From IMG/VR virus record IMGVR_UViG_2623620505_000001: a stretch of DNA of 64,000 nt; one strand, 5' to 3'. Shown here piece after piece: positions 19,901 to 28,950 of the stretch. The translations under genes were made by a program, and so were the position numbers. Under the pieces are notes generated by a model, which searched no databases, was not told where the DNA came from, and saw only the letters and a list, made by a program, of their open reading frames with translations. This DNA comes from a virus. Taxonomy: Duplodnaviria > Heunggongvirae > Uroviricota > Caudoviricetes. Each line of letters begins with the position of its first letter. The first letter of the stretch is position 1.

Positions 19901-20646
19901 CACAGGGTGGGGCGCAATATGGAGTGAGGGGACCACTGCCTGATAACGCTGTTATCGATCAGTATACTGGCCTGGCGTTTACCCCTGGTGATAGCCCGTT
20001 TGAGAAAGGCGGTCTGGTCGACAAAATCGGCAATGCTGTTGGCGTTAACGATCTGGTCAACAAATTCATGAATGGCCGGGGGATGCGTCGGGAAGTCGTT
20101 CAGGGAACGCTAGAAGAACGTGCACGAGAGAAGGGGACCGCAACAGCAGCTGGCAATGTGTATGTTGATACTCCGATGCCAGTTGAAGAGGCGCGTCCGG
20201 TGGCCAACAACTCAAGTTACTTTGACCATCTCGGCGCACAAATGGGGATTGATGGACTATTCGATAAACTCCGCAACTCGCCGGGGATGCGGAAAAATAA
20301 TGCGCCTGAACCAGCCTCCACGTCCCAGGTGACGACTGCCGCCAACGATTTGCAGCAACCAACCGGTCGTATGCAGATAGACGGGCAGGTTATTAGTGAC
20401 CTTGGCGGTTCCGGTGCCAAGCCGACAATGCAGTTGGCTGATAATACCGTTTCACTTGATGGTGAAACGAAGCGGCTGTTTGCGCAGATGACCTCATTGC
20501 TTGCCAGGATTGAAGAGCACACCAAAGACTCGGCGAAAGGCCAGGGAACTGTCGTAAAGGTCAGCACGCCTCAGCCGGGCGTTATGCGCACGGTACCACT
20601 GTCAATTGATGATCCGTTGATGAATGACTACGCGAGAGTTGATTGA
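16957..20646 (+). CDS. sit: Sit-like tape-measure/injection protein with soluble lytic transglycosylase domain
   Basis: 1229 aa; Gly-rich linker region; SLT motifs ...ESGGNPYAKS..GALGMFQF... and AYNAG; position as P1 sit. Confidence 0.8.
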   Translation: MERKNANIDDVIRTVETASAKELEELAGIREAVEDLKGERVATVDPVSRSVSALNRTIENSRPDFVTNVPSVDSIVDAMKRLNLGDVSRIREDKVTNREQQAAPTAHNPPNRRREAITEDVKAQRLETVKLARDLKGERVATVDPVSRSVSALNRTIENSRPDFVANAPSVDPIVDAMKRLNLGDVSRVVQEGIAQQEQQAKSTTPKGKKRRRKAISEDIKAQRTEAAEHAREMFDQKGGAQKSQNQRDARGRFIGKSGSKAAAEDARAERAEKARRKEDDERLNAESGLLKKLSKVAEGIGNPSETRAVDALGYAVAGPLWAAGKELGGISKEVGGSLNGARKSIADVIRGNDDNSRRKGFFRRKSQNSADVVQVNTQKRTVQELQEQTSEIKEGNDKILSALDQIAKNTGKKKGGLLSKLFSLLGKGAGGVASLLMGRGMLKKAGALAFGALGAKKLVGMLRGGGKKTIAHEGGDLAARAAGKFGLKAVGKGALRAIPLVGTVAGGIYDAVTGWNDTEAQRRAFGLKSGQEPSFQQKAAYTLANVLDMGGLVSGISSAIGEVLKSLGFEDIGNMLQSFSTESIAQAIDSGITNLETYISNLGDTISTKFEDYTAKIGDAVSAWFSDTSNKLLEKLDAIKDFFTVDNLKQVFSDAIDSAIDFIKNPGKHIKEAAGNIWDGVKNLPGKALDAAVDAVKNTPAAMIVSKIPNPIGEANAKEITPELKAPVNSHQETSDSKTESDAKQSNIATRVINAALDTAKDSNKTVKQTANQIINANAVETGNSALQKIDKAIGQNSSSSSSLNTTGTRNDIQKAADTYNNGNLDVKVGSLGAEGKANLDKLAPYFAELENKYGLPEGTLYAIAATESGGNPYAKSQTGALGMFQFTGIAREETGLAEGESFDPVKSAEAAALLMSKYLKQANGDLNEAITAYNAGFGTINKWKKGTGDLSKENREYAIKVNTHRARYLGGEIYTPGAGAQGGAQYGVRGPLPDNAVIDQYTGLAFTPGDSPFEKGGLVDKIGNAVGVNDLVNKFMNGRGMRREVVQGTLEERAREKGTATAAGNVYVDTPMPVEEARPVANNSSYFDHLGAQMGIDGLFDKLRNSPGMRKNNAPEPASTSQVTTAANDLQQPTGRMQIDGQVISDLGGSGAKPTMQLADNTVSLDGETKRLFAQMTSLLARIEEHTKDSAKGQGTVVKVSTPQPGVMRTVPLSIDDPLMNDYARVD
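17059..17520 (+). repeat. two 165-bp imperfect direct repeats (about 90 percent identical, period 297 bp) inside sit
   Basis: Seen: 17059-17223 vs 17356-17520; encode duplicated 55-aa unit DLKGERVATVDPVSRSVSALNRTIENSRPDFV.N.PSVD.IVDAMKRLNLGDVSR. Confidence 0.85.
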
Positions 20647-21002
20647 TGGCCAACAATAACGAAATTGATCCTTTGCTGACGCTGGAGTTATCCGGCGTAA
20701 AAACGTATGAGTCCCAGGAGGAGGCCTGGGGCGCTCGTTTATATGAGTGGCTAAACACTTATCAGGGTGAGGTATACGGAGATCCGTCATGGGGCAATGT
20801 TTTACCGCTGTTTAAACACGAACCGACCAACTTGTCGCATGTTCAAATTGCGGTTGAGGCAATGCTGTTGCAAAAACTGACGGTAGATTTACCTGACATA
20901 CCGATTTCTGGCTTGTCAGTAGCCGAGGGAGATGCTTTTGATAAGTTGAAAATATCCATTCGTATCAGGGATATAACTATCACACAGGACGTGGTGCTAT
21001 GA
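20643..21002 (+). CDS. baseplate wedge protein (GPW/gp25-like)
   Basis: 119 aa, overlaps sit stop; size and position typical of gp25-like baseplate protein. Fold assignment is inference. Confidence 0.5.
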   Translation: MMANNNEIDPLLTLELSGVKTYESQEEAWGARLYEWLNTYQGEVYGDPSWGNVLPLFKHEPTNLSHVQIAVEAMLLQKLTVDLPDIPISGLSVAEGDAFDKLKISIRIRDITITQDVVL

Positions 21003-22432
21003 GTAAAACAACACCGACTAAAGACAGTATTCGTGCAGAGTTTGAAGAGCTTGTCGAGAAAGATTCATTCTGGTCGAAGTTTGTCGGCTCTCAATTTGTC
21101 TCGATGCTGACATTGTTTATTACCCAGATTGTCTACAGGTGCTTTCAGTATGCCGATGCGGCGCTGGCTGAAGGCTTTATATCGACCGCGACGCGGCGTT
21201 CCTCTATCCTGGCAGCGGCAGAAACGAATAGTTACGTTGGTACCAAGCCAACACCGTCATCGGGGATGATTGAGATCACCGCCACAAGTGAAGATGCCCC
21301 AGCGGTAATCCCCAAAAATATGCCTTTAATATCTGACGACCAGTACCCTTACATGACTATGGATGTATGCAGGTTGGTTGACGGCACCGGTACGGTAGAA
21401 GTGGCACAGTTGGAAATCCAGGAGGTGACATATACCGTTACGGCAGCCAAAGAATTTCTGGAAGTCGTGTTATCAAAGGCTCTCACTGCTGTCTGCTATA
21501 AGCTGGAAGTATTCGTGACGACCGATGGTAAGACCACGCAGTGGTCTTCCAGCACTATGTTCCGGTTAGCCGGTAGTAAAAGCCAGGTCTACGTTGAGTT
21601 TTATAAGCCATCCGAGCAGTTGGGGGTTCGATTCGGTGATGGGCTAATTGGGCAAATACCGCCAGAAGGCTCGACCATTACACTTAAGGTATGGTGCACC
21701 AACGGAGATATAACCCTGGTTGCTGGCCAAAACCTGACGCCTGTCGATTCTGCGGCTAATTTAGCTAATTTGATTTCAGTTAAGACAACGACACCCATAA
21801 CCGCAGGTACCGATGCCGAAACAACGGAGATCACACGTAATCGTGCACAATATTACCTTGCCTATGATGATCAGGTCGTATGGGGCGGGGACTATACGTA
21901 TTTTTTGGTGCGTAACATCCCGGGACTGTCCTGGGTAAAGGCATGGGGCGAAGGCCAGCAAGAGAAATTAGATGGTGCTTATAATGTTCGGAATATCAAT
22001 AAGATATTTATTTCAGGATGGCATCCAAACAAAAGCCAGTCAGAGCTTGAAGAAGTGATCCTGGCTGCCTTTAAGAAGGTGCCGAATGAGTTGAACAAGA
22101 AATTCTCGTATAAAGAGGTCAGAAAACTCCCCTTTAAGATCACTATCACTGGGCGGATATCGGCAAGCCTGACCATTGAGAACGTGACTGATGAGCTGAA
22201 GTCGGCACTGGAAACAAAATTTGGGCGTGACTCAACTTTCTTTGATCCGAACCGTGTCGGCAAGTACATCCTAATCAAGAAAAAAGACGTTTGGGCATTT
22301 ATCGAAACGCTGGGTTATTTCCGCGACTTTTATCTGGAATTTGTCGAGTGGAATGAGTCCAACGGCTTTTACGATTTCGTTTATCTGGATACAGAAAACT
22401 CCACCTTTAATATTTCGTATGAGGAGGAGTGA
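20999..22432 (+). CDS. baseplate protein (J-like; position of P1 bplA)
   Basis: 477 aa, start overlaps previous stop. Confidence 0.5.
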   Translation: MSKTTPTKDSIRAEFEELVEKDSFWSKFVGSQFVSMLTLFITQIVYRCFQYADAALAEGFISTATRRSSILAAAETNSYVGTKPTPSSGMIEITATSEDAPAVIPKNMPLISDDQYPYMTMDVCRLVDGTGTVEVAQLEIQEVTYTVTAAKEFLEVVLSKALTAVCYKLEVFVTTDGKTTQWSSSTMFRLAGSKSQVYVEFYKPSEQLGVRFGDGLIGQIPPEGSTITLKVWCTNGDITLVAGQNLTPVDSAANLANLISVKTTTPITAGTDAETTEITRNRAQYYLAYDDQVVWGGDYTYFLVRNIPGLSWVKAWGEGQQEKLDGAYNVRNINKIFISGWHPNKSQSELEEVILAAFKKVPNELNKKFSYKEVRKLPFKITITGRISASLTIENVTDELKSALETKFGRDSTFFDPNRVGKYILIKKKDVWAFIETLGYFRDFYLEFVEWNESNGFYDFVYLDTENSTFNISYEEE

Positions 22433-23268
22433 TGCAGCGTTCCTGGTTTAATAACCGGCTTACATCAGCTAAGCAAAAGTCATTACTTTATAAATCATTG
22501 GCTGATTTGGTTCAGTCAATGATGGACACCTTTGTTGACCCATGGTTGGAGCGAATTACCAACCGGAAGTCTATTTTCTCCATGAGCAAGGAGGATCTGG
22601 AGACTAGGACAAATGAACTTGGCCAGTTTTTTACTATCAGAACGTCGAATTCATCTTCCGTTCCGATGTTGTTACAACAGCGGTTTGATGAGATCCATTT
22701 TAAGGGTACTGAACGCCCTATAAACCAGACAATTTATCGCGAATTTAACGGTATATCGGTTTTATGGGATCCAATATATGCTCCGGTGGACTTTGAACGT
22801 CATCCCTATGGCACGGTCCTGATTCCAGAAAGCACACTGGAAACCACCGGCGGCACATTCGGCGAGATGTTTCTGACTTCCAGAGGAATGATCAGTATTC
22901 CCATAAACGACCTGGCCCGGACAATGGGTATTACTGGAACGATAGATCAGTCCGCAATTACAGAAGAAATTCTCAGAAAGTTTAATCAGTTCGTAAAGCC
23001 TCTACTGCCACTGCATATAGTGTTTGATGGGCTTACGCTCTATTTGTCGGTTGTTGTAAATGAACAGGCCGACATGATCACTTTGAATGAGATTTCTGAT
23101 ACCGAAAAAGCATTCTGCTGGTTTGAAACTTCGGATACAACTTCGCTTACTGAAGTTACGTCGATTAACGCCCCGATCACTGCAACGCCGGGCGGCACTA
23201 TTGTGAAAGCAACGCCTACGTTTGATCGCACCCGCGCAGATGATTTGCTGTTGGATAGCGATGCGTGA
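22429..23268 (+). CDS. baseplate/tail-fibre attachment protein (position of P1 gene 16)
   Basis: 279 aa, overlapping start/stop with preceding gene. Confidence 0.45.
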   Translation: MMQRSWFNNRLTSAKQKSLLYKSLADLVQSMMDTFVDPWLERITNRKSIFSMSKEDLETRTNELGQFFTIRTSNSSSVPMLLQQRFDEIHFKGTERPINQTIYREFNGISVLWDPIYAPVDFERHPYGTVLIPESTLETTGGTFGEMFLTSRGMISIPINDLARTMGITGTIDQSAITEEILRKFNQFVKPLLPLHIVFDGLTLYLSVVVNEQADMITLNEISDTEKAFCWFETSDTTSLTEVTSINAPITATPGGTIVKATPTFDRTRADDLLLDSDA

Positions 23269-23297
23269 CAATCACCCCGTCCGCAGGGCGGGGTGAC

Positions 23298-23316
23298 AAG
23301 TTACTTATCTTACAAT
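23298..23316 (+). promoter_or_regulatory. putative late promoter for R-S tail-fibre operon
   Basis: AAGTTACTT atct TACAAT, same element/-10 architecture as at 3888. Confidence 0.45.
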
Positions 23317-23346
23317 GAGGCTTCACAACATTGATTAGGGAAAATC

Positions 23347-23781
23347 ATGTCTGACGTCTCAACAAACCTCTATAAGAGTCAGTTGTTGGACTATTACTAT
23401 CAGCGGCGCGCTGAATCGTCCATTAACAAAGGCTCTCGATTTTTAATCAGCAAGGCCGTTTTCGGTACCAGTTCACTGGTTACTAAGAAAGGAGATGGCA
23501 CTTATGAGATTGGAGAACTGCCAAAGGCTTTCGATCTGGCAGAACTGACCAGTCAATTTTGCACCATCAACCTCGTCCCAACCTACTCAGGCGGGATAAT
23601 TACTGTCCGAATGGACCTTGATCAAAGTCAGTTGCAGGAAGGGAAAAACTACCCATTCAACACTCTGGTTGTTCTGGATAACGAGAATAAGCCAATCGCC
23701 ATTATTTGTGTCCAGGAAGACTCGCTGTATGTGGGCAAAACATATACCGCAGTTATGGCCATAAACTCGACTACAGCATAA
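23347..23781 (+). CDS. R: tail-fibre operon protein R
   Basis: 144 aa immediately upstream of S; by position. Confidence 0.5.
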   Translation: MSDVSTNLYKSQLLDYYYQRRAESSINKGSRFLISKAVFGTSSLVTKKGDGTYEIGELPKAFDLAELTSQFCTINLVPTYSGGIITVRMDLDQSQLQEGKNYPFNTLVVLDNENKPIAIICVQEDSLYVGKTYTAVMAINSTTA

Positions 23782-23792
23782 GGATATGCTTG

Positions 23793-25811
23793 ATGAATGA
23801 CGTTACAGTTGTTACATCGGTTACTTACCCATCACCCGAGTCGTTGGCTCTGGTGGCTGATGTGCAATACCACGAACCATATCTGTCAGCCGCTCTAAAC
23901 CGAAAATTCAGGGGAATTGTTGACCCGGGATTTTATGCTGGTTTCTTGCCTAAGCCTGGCGGTGGGATGAACCTGTTAATCACCTCAGTGGATGGAGATA
24001 AAACCGCTGGCGCGGCGTCAGTGGATATTGGTGAATTCTACCAGGTAACTATTCAGCATCGTAAGGATATCTCTCTTGCACTTAACGCAGGCAAGAAATA
24101 TGCAATTGTGCTGAAGGGAAGATACCTTCTTGGAGAAGATACCTATCAGGTGAATACCGCGTCACATATTCATGCAGCTGAATTTGTTGCCAGAACCTAT
24201 ACCGATTCATATCAGTTAGGTGATGGGGAACTGCTGGTTTGTACGGTGAATATCCCTGCTGGCGTATCTACCATTACTCAAGAGATGATTGATACATCCG
24301 AGCGTATCAACCGCACGATCGGCATTGATATTTCAGACTCTGTAACCAGTACCAGAAGTGATGTTGCTGCGAGTTCGCTGGCAGTTAAAAAAGCCTACGA
24401 TCTGGCGAAAAGCAAGTATACGGCGCAGGATGCAAGCACAACGCAAAAGGGATTAGTTCAGCTCAGTAGTGCCACTAACAGTACGTCCGAAGTGCTGGCC
24501 GCCACACCGAAAGCTGTCAAGGCTGCATATGACCTGGCTAACGGGAAGTATACAGCCCAGGATGCAACCACGACACAAAAAGGGATAGTTCAGCTCAGTA
24601 GCGACACCAACAGCACTTCTGAAACATTAGCTGCAACGCCAAAAGCGGTTAAAGCTGCATACGATCTAGCAGCCGGAAAGGCACCATCCAGTCATACACA
24701 TCCCTGGAATCAGATCACTGGTGTGCCAACAGCTTCATTGACAGCGAAAGGCATCACTCAGCTCAGTAGTGCCACTAACAGCACGTCTGAAGTGCTGGCC
24801 GCCACACCGAAAGCTGTCAAGGCTGCATATGACCTGGCTAACGGGAAGTATACAGCCCAGGATGCAACCACGACACAAAAAGGGATAGTTCAGCTCAGTA
24901 GCGACACCAACAGCACTTCTGAAACATTAGCTGCAACGCCAAAAGCGGTTAAAGCTGCATACGATCTAGCAGCCGGAAAGGCACCATCCAGTCATACACA
25001 TCCCTGGAATCAGATCACTGGTGTGCCAACAGCTTCATTGACAGCGAAAGGCATCACTCAGCTCAGTAGTGCCACTAACAGCACGTCCGAAGTGCTGGCC
25101 GCTACACCGAAAGCTGTCAAGGCTGCATATGATTTGGCTAATGGAAAGCAAGCGGCAGACGCTACGCTCACTGCTCTAGCGGCACTAGCTACCGCAGCAG
25201 ATAAACTCCCTTATTTCACAGGGGTTGATCGTGCCGCGTTAACTGCACTGACAAGTGTTGGACGTGCAATTCTTAGTAAGCCCAGTATTCAGAGCGTTCT
25301 TAATTACCTTGGTTTAGGGGAAGGCTCGGCGCTGCCCGTTGGTGTACCTATTCCATGGCCCTCAGCCACACCGCCAACGGGGTGGCTGAAATGCAATGGT
25401 GCAGCATTTTCTTCTGAAAAGTACCCAAATCTGGCAAAGGTTTACCCAACGTTAAAATTACCTGATTTACGCGGTGAGTTTATCCGTGGCTGGGATGATG
25501 GGCGAGGGATTGACTCTGGTCGCTCTATTTTAAGCGAGCAAGGATATGCAACGGAGGATCATGCTCACGGATTACCGTCAAAATCAACCGTAGCAACTGA
25601 CCGCTCAATTAATTTCTACTTTGACGAGGCATGGGCTACTAGTGGTAATACGGGAGTTATCAGATGGGGGAACACAAACGATGCAGGATTGCCAGCCCCT
25701 AATTATGGAACTTTTAAAACATATAAACAGTCCGTAGCTAATTTAGGTACTGCTGGCTTAGAAACCCGCCCTCGTAATATTGCATTTAATTATATTGTGA
25801 GGGCGGATTAA
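23793..25811 (+). CDS. S: tail fibre protein S (constant part Sc fused to currently expressed variable C-terminus)
   Basis: Track ORF 23706..25811 trimmed to ATG 23793 with AAGGA RBS. Repeated LAATPKAVKAAYDLA tail-fibre repeats; C-terminus ...ETRPRNIAFNYIVRAD shared with the silent cassettes. Confidence 0.85.
   Translation: MNDVTVVTSVTYPSPESLALVADVQYHEPYLSAALNRKFRGIVDPGFYAGFLPKPGGGMNLLITSVDGDKTAGAASVDIGEFYQVTIQHRKDISLALNAGKKYAIVLKGRYLLGEDTYQVNTASHIHAAEFVARTYTDSYQLGDGELLVCTVNIPAGVSTITQEMIDTSERINRTIGIDISDSVTSTRSDVAASSLAVKKAYDLAKSKYTAQDASTTQKGLVQLSSATNSTSEVLAATPKAVKAAYDLANGKYTAQDATTTQKGIVQLSSDTNSTSETLAATPKAVKAAYDLAAGKAPSSHTHPWNQITGVPTASLTAKGITQLSSATNSTSEVLAATPKAVKAAYDLANGKYTAQDATTTQKGIVQLSSDTNSTSETLAATPKAVKAAYDLAAGKAPSSHTHPWNQITGVPTASLTAKGITQLSSATNSTSEVLAATPKAVKAAYDLANGKQAADATLTALAALATAADKLPYFTGVDRAALTALTSVGRAILSKPSIQSVLNYLGLGEGSALPVGVPIPWPSATPPTGWLKCNGAAFSSEKYPNLAKVYPTLKLPDLRGEFIRGWDDGRGIDSGRSILSEQGYATEDHAHGLPSKSTVATDRSINFYFDEAWATSGNTGVIRWGNTNDAGLPAPNYGTFKTYKQSVANLGTAGLETRPRNIAFNYIVRAD
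24461..25140 (+). repeat. 300-bp tandem duplication inside S (2.3 copies, near-perfect)
   Basis: Seen: 24541-24780 identical to 24841-25080; unit encodes 100 aa of tail-fibre repeats. Confidence 0.9.
25297..25322. other. mix/cix-type 26-bp inversion crossover site 1 (at Sc/Sv junction, opposite orientation to sites 2-6)
   Basis: Reverse complement TTCCCCTAAACC AA GGTAATTAAGAA; resembles known gix/hix half-site pattern TTCC..TAAACC. Confidence 0.75.
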
Positions 25812-25816
25812 TTATA

Positions 25817-26428
25817 TCAACTGGCTGTAGAAAGTTGTTTTTCAGGCCAGTTGAGATCTGGTGCCGTGGTTAAATCCATCGCGTTCAGCTCGTCTATATA
25901 ATCTAGCACGGAGTTAAGCTGCGTGGTTTCTGCCTGCGTCAACTTCCGTCCAGCCCGTAATTTCAACTGAATCAGACTAATGGAATCCATCGCAGTATCA
26001 ATCAATGACTGACGTTTTGTTTCTGCTGCCTCTACAGCTGCACTATGTTGAGCCTCAGTATCAACCACCCATTTCTCTCCATCCCATTTGTCGTATGGTG
26101 TTAGCGGGGCGATAGTGGTTGTATTTTCCGGATAGTCACCCAACACCGTGATTTCTTCGGGATTCCCAGTGTCAATGCTATAGACAGTTTCGCCACGATG
26201 ATCTGGCACATACTCCCATGAACTTAAATCCTCTGAACGGAGAATCGCATAACCTGCTTTATGTGAGCCTGGAGCATCCAAACAAGAATTTGCCGGAATA
26301 CCAACGCCAACAGCAAGATATTCAGTTGATGCAGAAATATATTCCCGATTACCACCATCATAGTTATAAACGATAATGTTTCCTGCCTGTATGGCTATAA
26401 GTTCGCTATTTAATATCGCATTATCCAT
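25817..26428 (-). CDS. U: tail fibre assembly protein (U/Tfa family), inverted relative to S
   Basis: 203 aa; C-terminus ...LNAMDLTTAPDLNWPE resembles Tfa C-terminal motif; start overlaps stop of cassette B. Confidence 0.8.
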   Translation of the reverse strand: MDNAILNSELIAIQAGNIIVYNYDGGNREYISASTEYLAVGVGIPANSCLDAPGSHKAGYAILRSEDLSSWEYVPDHRGETVYSIDTGNPEEITVLGDYPENTTTIAPLTPYDKWDGEKWVVDTEAQHSAAVEAAETKRQSLIDTAMDSISLIQLKLRAGRKLTQAETTQLNSVLDYIDELNAMDLTTAPDLNWPEKQLSTAS

Positions 26429-26886
26429 TATGCTGCTCTCACAATATAATTGAAGGCAATGTTACGTGGGCGGGTTTCATTCCCCCCAGATAACTCCGTT
26501 CTGTATTGACTGGTAAATTTACCATTAATCGCTCCTTGCCGGACGGCGTTATCTGTCGACAACAGACTATCCCCCCCTCTGTCATTTGGCACCAATACCG
26601 TGTTATCCCACGCGTCCCATGACCGAATATTATGATAATGACTTCCTGTTAACCACCCCTGTATGCTTAAGATGACCCTTCCCGCATCCACACCTCGCCC
26701 ATCATCCCAGCCACGGATAAACTCACCGCGTAAATCAGGTAATTTTAACGTTGGGTAAACCTTTGCCAGATTTGGGTACTTTTCAGAAGAAAATGCTGCA
26801 CCATTGCATTTTAGCCAGCCCGTTGGTGGTGTTTCTAAGGGCCACGGAACGGGCACACCAACAGGCAGTGCAGAGCCTTCCCCCAA
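26428..26886 (-). other. silent alternative S C-terminal cassette B (promoterless; followed by U)
   Basis: Encodes GEGSALPVGVPVPWP...ETRPRNIAFNYIVRAA with unique central region; 5' end is mix site 2. Confidence 0.8.
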
Positions 26887-26903
26887 ACCAACGTTTTTAT
26901 GTG
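26878..26903. other. mix site 2
   Basis: TTCCCCCAAACCAACGTTTTTATGTG. Confidence 0.75.
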
Positions 26904-27370
26904 GCCCTTACAATGTAATTAAAAGCAACGTTGCGGGGGCGCATTGATATCCATGCCCCGGTAAAATTATCCTCTGCCGTCCTTTGAGTGCCTGTTATGG
27001 AGTTATCTGATGATGCTAGAACATAATCGCTATTATCTCCTGCTTTAGGATTAGCAGGGTTTCCAACAGTTATAACAGAATCAGCAGTAGCATAAGCGAT
27101 ACCTACTTTGACATTAGTAGTCAGATCGACACCGTAATAATCCTGCAAAGCTGTACGAATAAATGTTGCAGTCTGACCACTTAGCAATGAACGCCCTGTA
27201 TCAATCCCTCTCGAATCATCCCAACCACGGATAAACTCACCGCGTAAATCAGGTAATTTTAACGTTGGGTAAACCTTTGCCAGATTTGGGTACTTTTCAG
27301 AAGAAAATGCTGCTCCGTTACATTTCAGCCACCCCGTTGGTGGTGTGGCGGAGGGCCACGGAACAGGCAC
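26897..27370 (-). other. silent alternative S C-terminal cassette C (reading frame continues to mix site 3 at 27392)
   Basis: 157-aa ORF with conserved N/C ends; identical to cassette at 28376-28849. Confidence 0.8.
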
Positions 27371-27391
27371 ACCAACGGGCAGCGCCGAGCC

Positions 27392-27417
27392 TTCCCCTAA
27401 ACCAACGTTTTTATGCC
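27392..27417. other. mix site 3
   Basis: TTCCCCTAAACCAACGTTTTTATGCC; overlaps stop codon of next cassette. Confidence 0.75.
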
Positions 27418-27878
27418 GCCCTTACGATGTAATTAAATGCAATATTACGGGGGCGGGTTTCAGATGCTGTACGAACTGAGCGAGAGGCGTCGAATGTCCA
27501 GTTATAAGAGCCATAACCCTCAATAATTTCCGTTTCCTTTAGGCCTGTAGATAATACTTGACCATGTTGACTAAATGGCCCTGAACTAAGTACATCTCTA
27601 AAAAGCTGAGTACGCCCGAAAGAACCAACAATATTCTGAATTGCATCATTCTGTGCAGATAATAAATTACGGCCAGAGTCAATCCCCCGCCCGTCATCCC
27701 AGCCGCGAATAAATTCGCCCCGTAGATCCGGCAATTTATTAGTAGGGTAAACCTTTGCCAGATTTGGGTACTTTTCAGAAGAAAATGCTGCACCATTGCA
27801 TTTCAGCCACCCCGTTGGCGGTGTGGCTGAGGGCCATGGAACAGGTACACCAACGGGCAGTGCCGAGCCTTCCCCCAA
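27411..27878 (-). other. silent alternative S C-terminal cassette D
   Basis: 155-aa ORF, conserved ends, distinct core. Confidence 0.8.
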
Positions 27879-27895
27879 ACCAACGTTTTTATGCC
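27870..27895. other. mix site 4
   Basis: TTCCCCCAAACCAACGTTTTTATGCC. Confidence 0.75.
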
Positions 27896-28365
27896 GCCCT
27901 TACGATGTAATTAAATGCGATATTTCGTGGACGGGTTTCACTCCCGCCAGTATTACCAATACTCCCTCGAGAATGAAGTGTCGGTGATGGAATCAAATTC
28001 CCTCCTGTATTTGAGGCATCAAGCCCCCGTCCTTGTGTGTATGTTTTTTTGAAAATTGTCGCCAGCTCCCATTCATCTTTTGTGTCGTAACCATCATTGG
28101 CTACAACAATATGTCGGTGCTTTTCCAGCATTCCTGTCTGAATGCTCAATAAAGCACGTCCCGCATCCACCCCGCGCCCATCATCCCAGCCGCGAATAAA
28201 TTCTCCCCGTAAATCCGGTAATTTATTGGTGGGGTAGGCCTTTGCCAGTTTGGGATACATTTCAGAAGAAAATGCTGCTCCGTTACATTTCAGCCACCCC
28301 GTTGGCGGTGTTTCTAAGGGCCACGGAACGGGCACGCCAACGGGCAATGCTGAGCCTTCCCCCAA
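27889..28365 (-). other. silent alternative S C-terminal cassette E
   Basis: 158-aa ORF, conserved ends, distinct core. Confidence 0.8.
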
Positions 28366-28382
28366 ACCAACGTTTTTATGTG
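28357..28382. other. mix site 5
   Basis: TTCCCCCAAACCAACGTTTTTATGTG. Confidence 0.75.
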
Positions 28383-28849
28383 GCCCTTACAATGTAATTA
28401 AAAGCAACGTTGCGGGGGCGCATTGATATCCATGCCCCGGTAAAATTATCCTCTGCCGTCCTTTGAGTGCCTGTTATGGAGTTATCTGATGATGCTAGAA
28501 CATAATCGCTATTATCTCCTGCTTTAGGATTAGCAGGGTTTCCAACAGTTATAACAGAATCAGCAGTAGCATAAGCGATACCTACTTTGACATTAGTAGT
28601 CAGATCGACACCGTAATAATCCTGCAAAGCTGTACGAATAAATGTTGCAGTCTGACCACTTAGCAATGAACGCCCTGTATCAATCCCTCTCGAATCATCC
28701 CAACCACGGATAAACTCACCGCGTAAATCAGGTAATTTTAACGTTGGGTAAACCTTTGCCAGATTTGGGTACTTTTCAGAAGAAAATGCTGCTCCGTTAC
28801 ATTTCAGCCACCCCGTTGGTGGTGTGGCGGAGGGCCACGGAACAGGCAC
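28376..28849 (-). other. silent cassette C-prime (exact duplicate of cassette C)
   Basis: Predicted protein identical to 26897..27370; DNA identical over about 538 bp. Confidence 0.8.
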
Positions 28850-28870
28850 ACCAACGGGCAGCGCCGAGCC

Positions 28871-28896
28871 TTCCCCTAAACCAACGTTTTAGTCTT
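28871..28896. other. mix site 6 (outermost, next to invertase gene)
   Basis: TTCCCCTAAACCAACGTTTTAGTCTT. Confidence 0.7.
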
Positions 28897-28950
28897 AATC
28901 CCTACCTATACCAACGATGTATTTTTAACTAAACAAAGAGGTTGTTTTTC

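Noticed and set aside
26873-28896. Possible CRISPR-like array (regularly spaced conserved 26-bp elements)
   Set aside because: Spacing is about 490 bp and the intervening segments are coding cassettes; the repeats are gix-type recombination sites, not CRISPR repeats.
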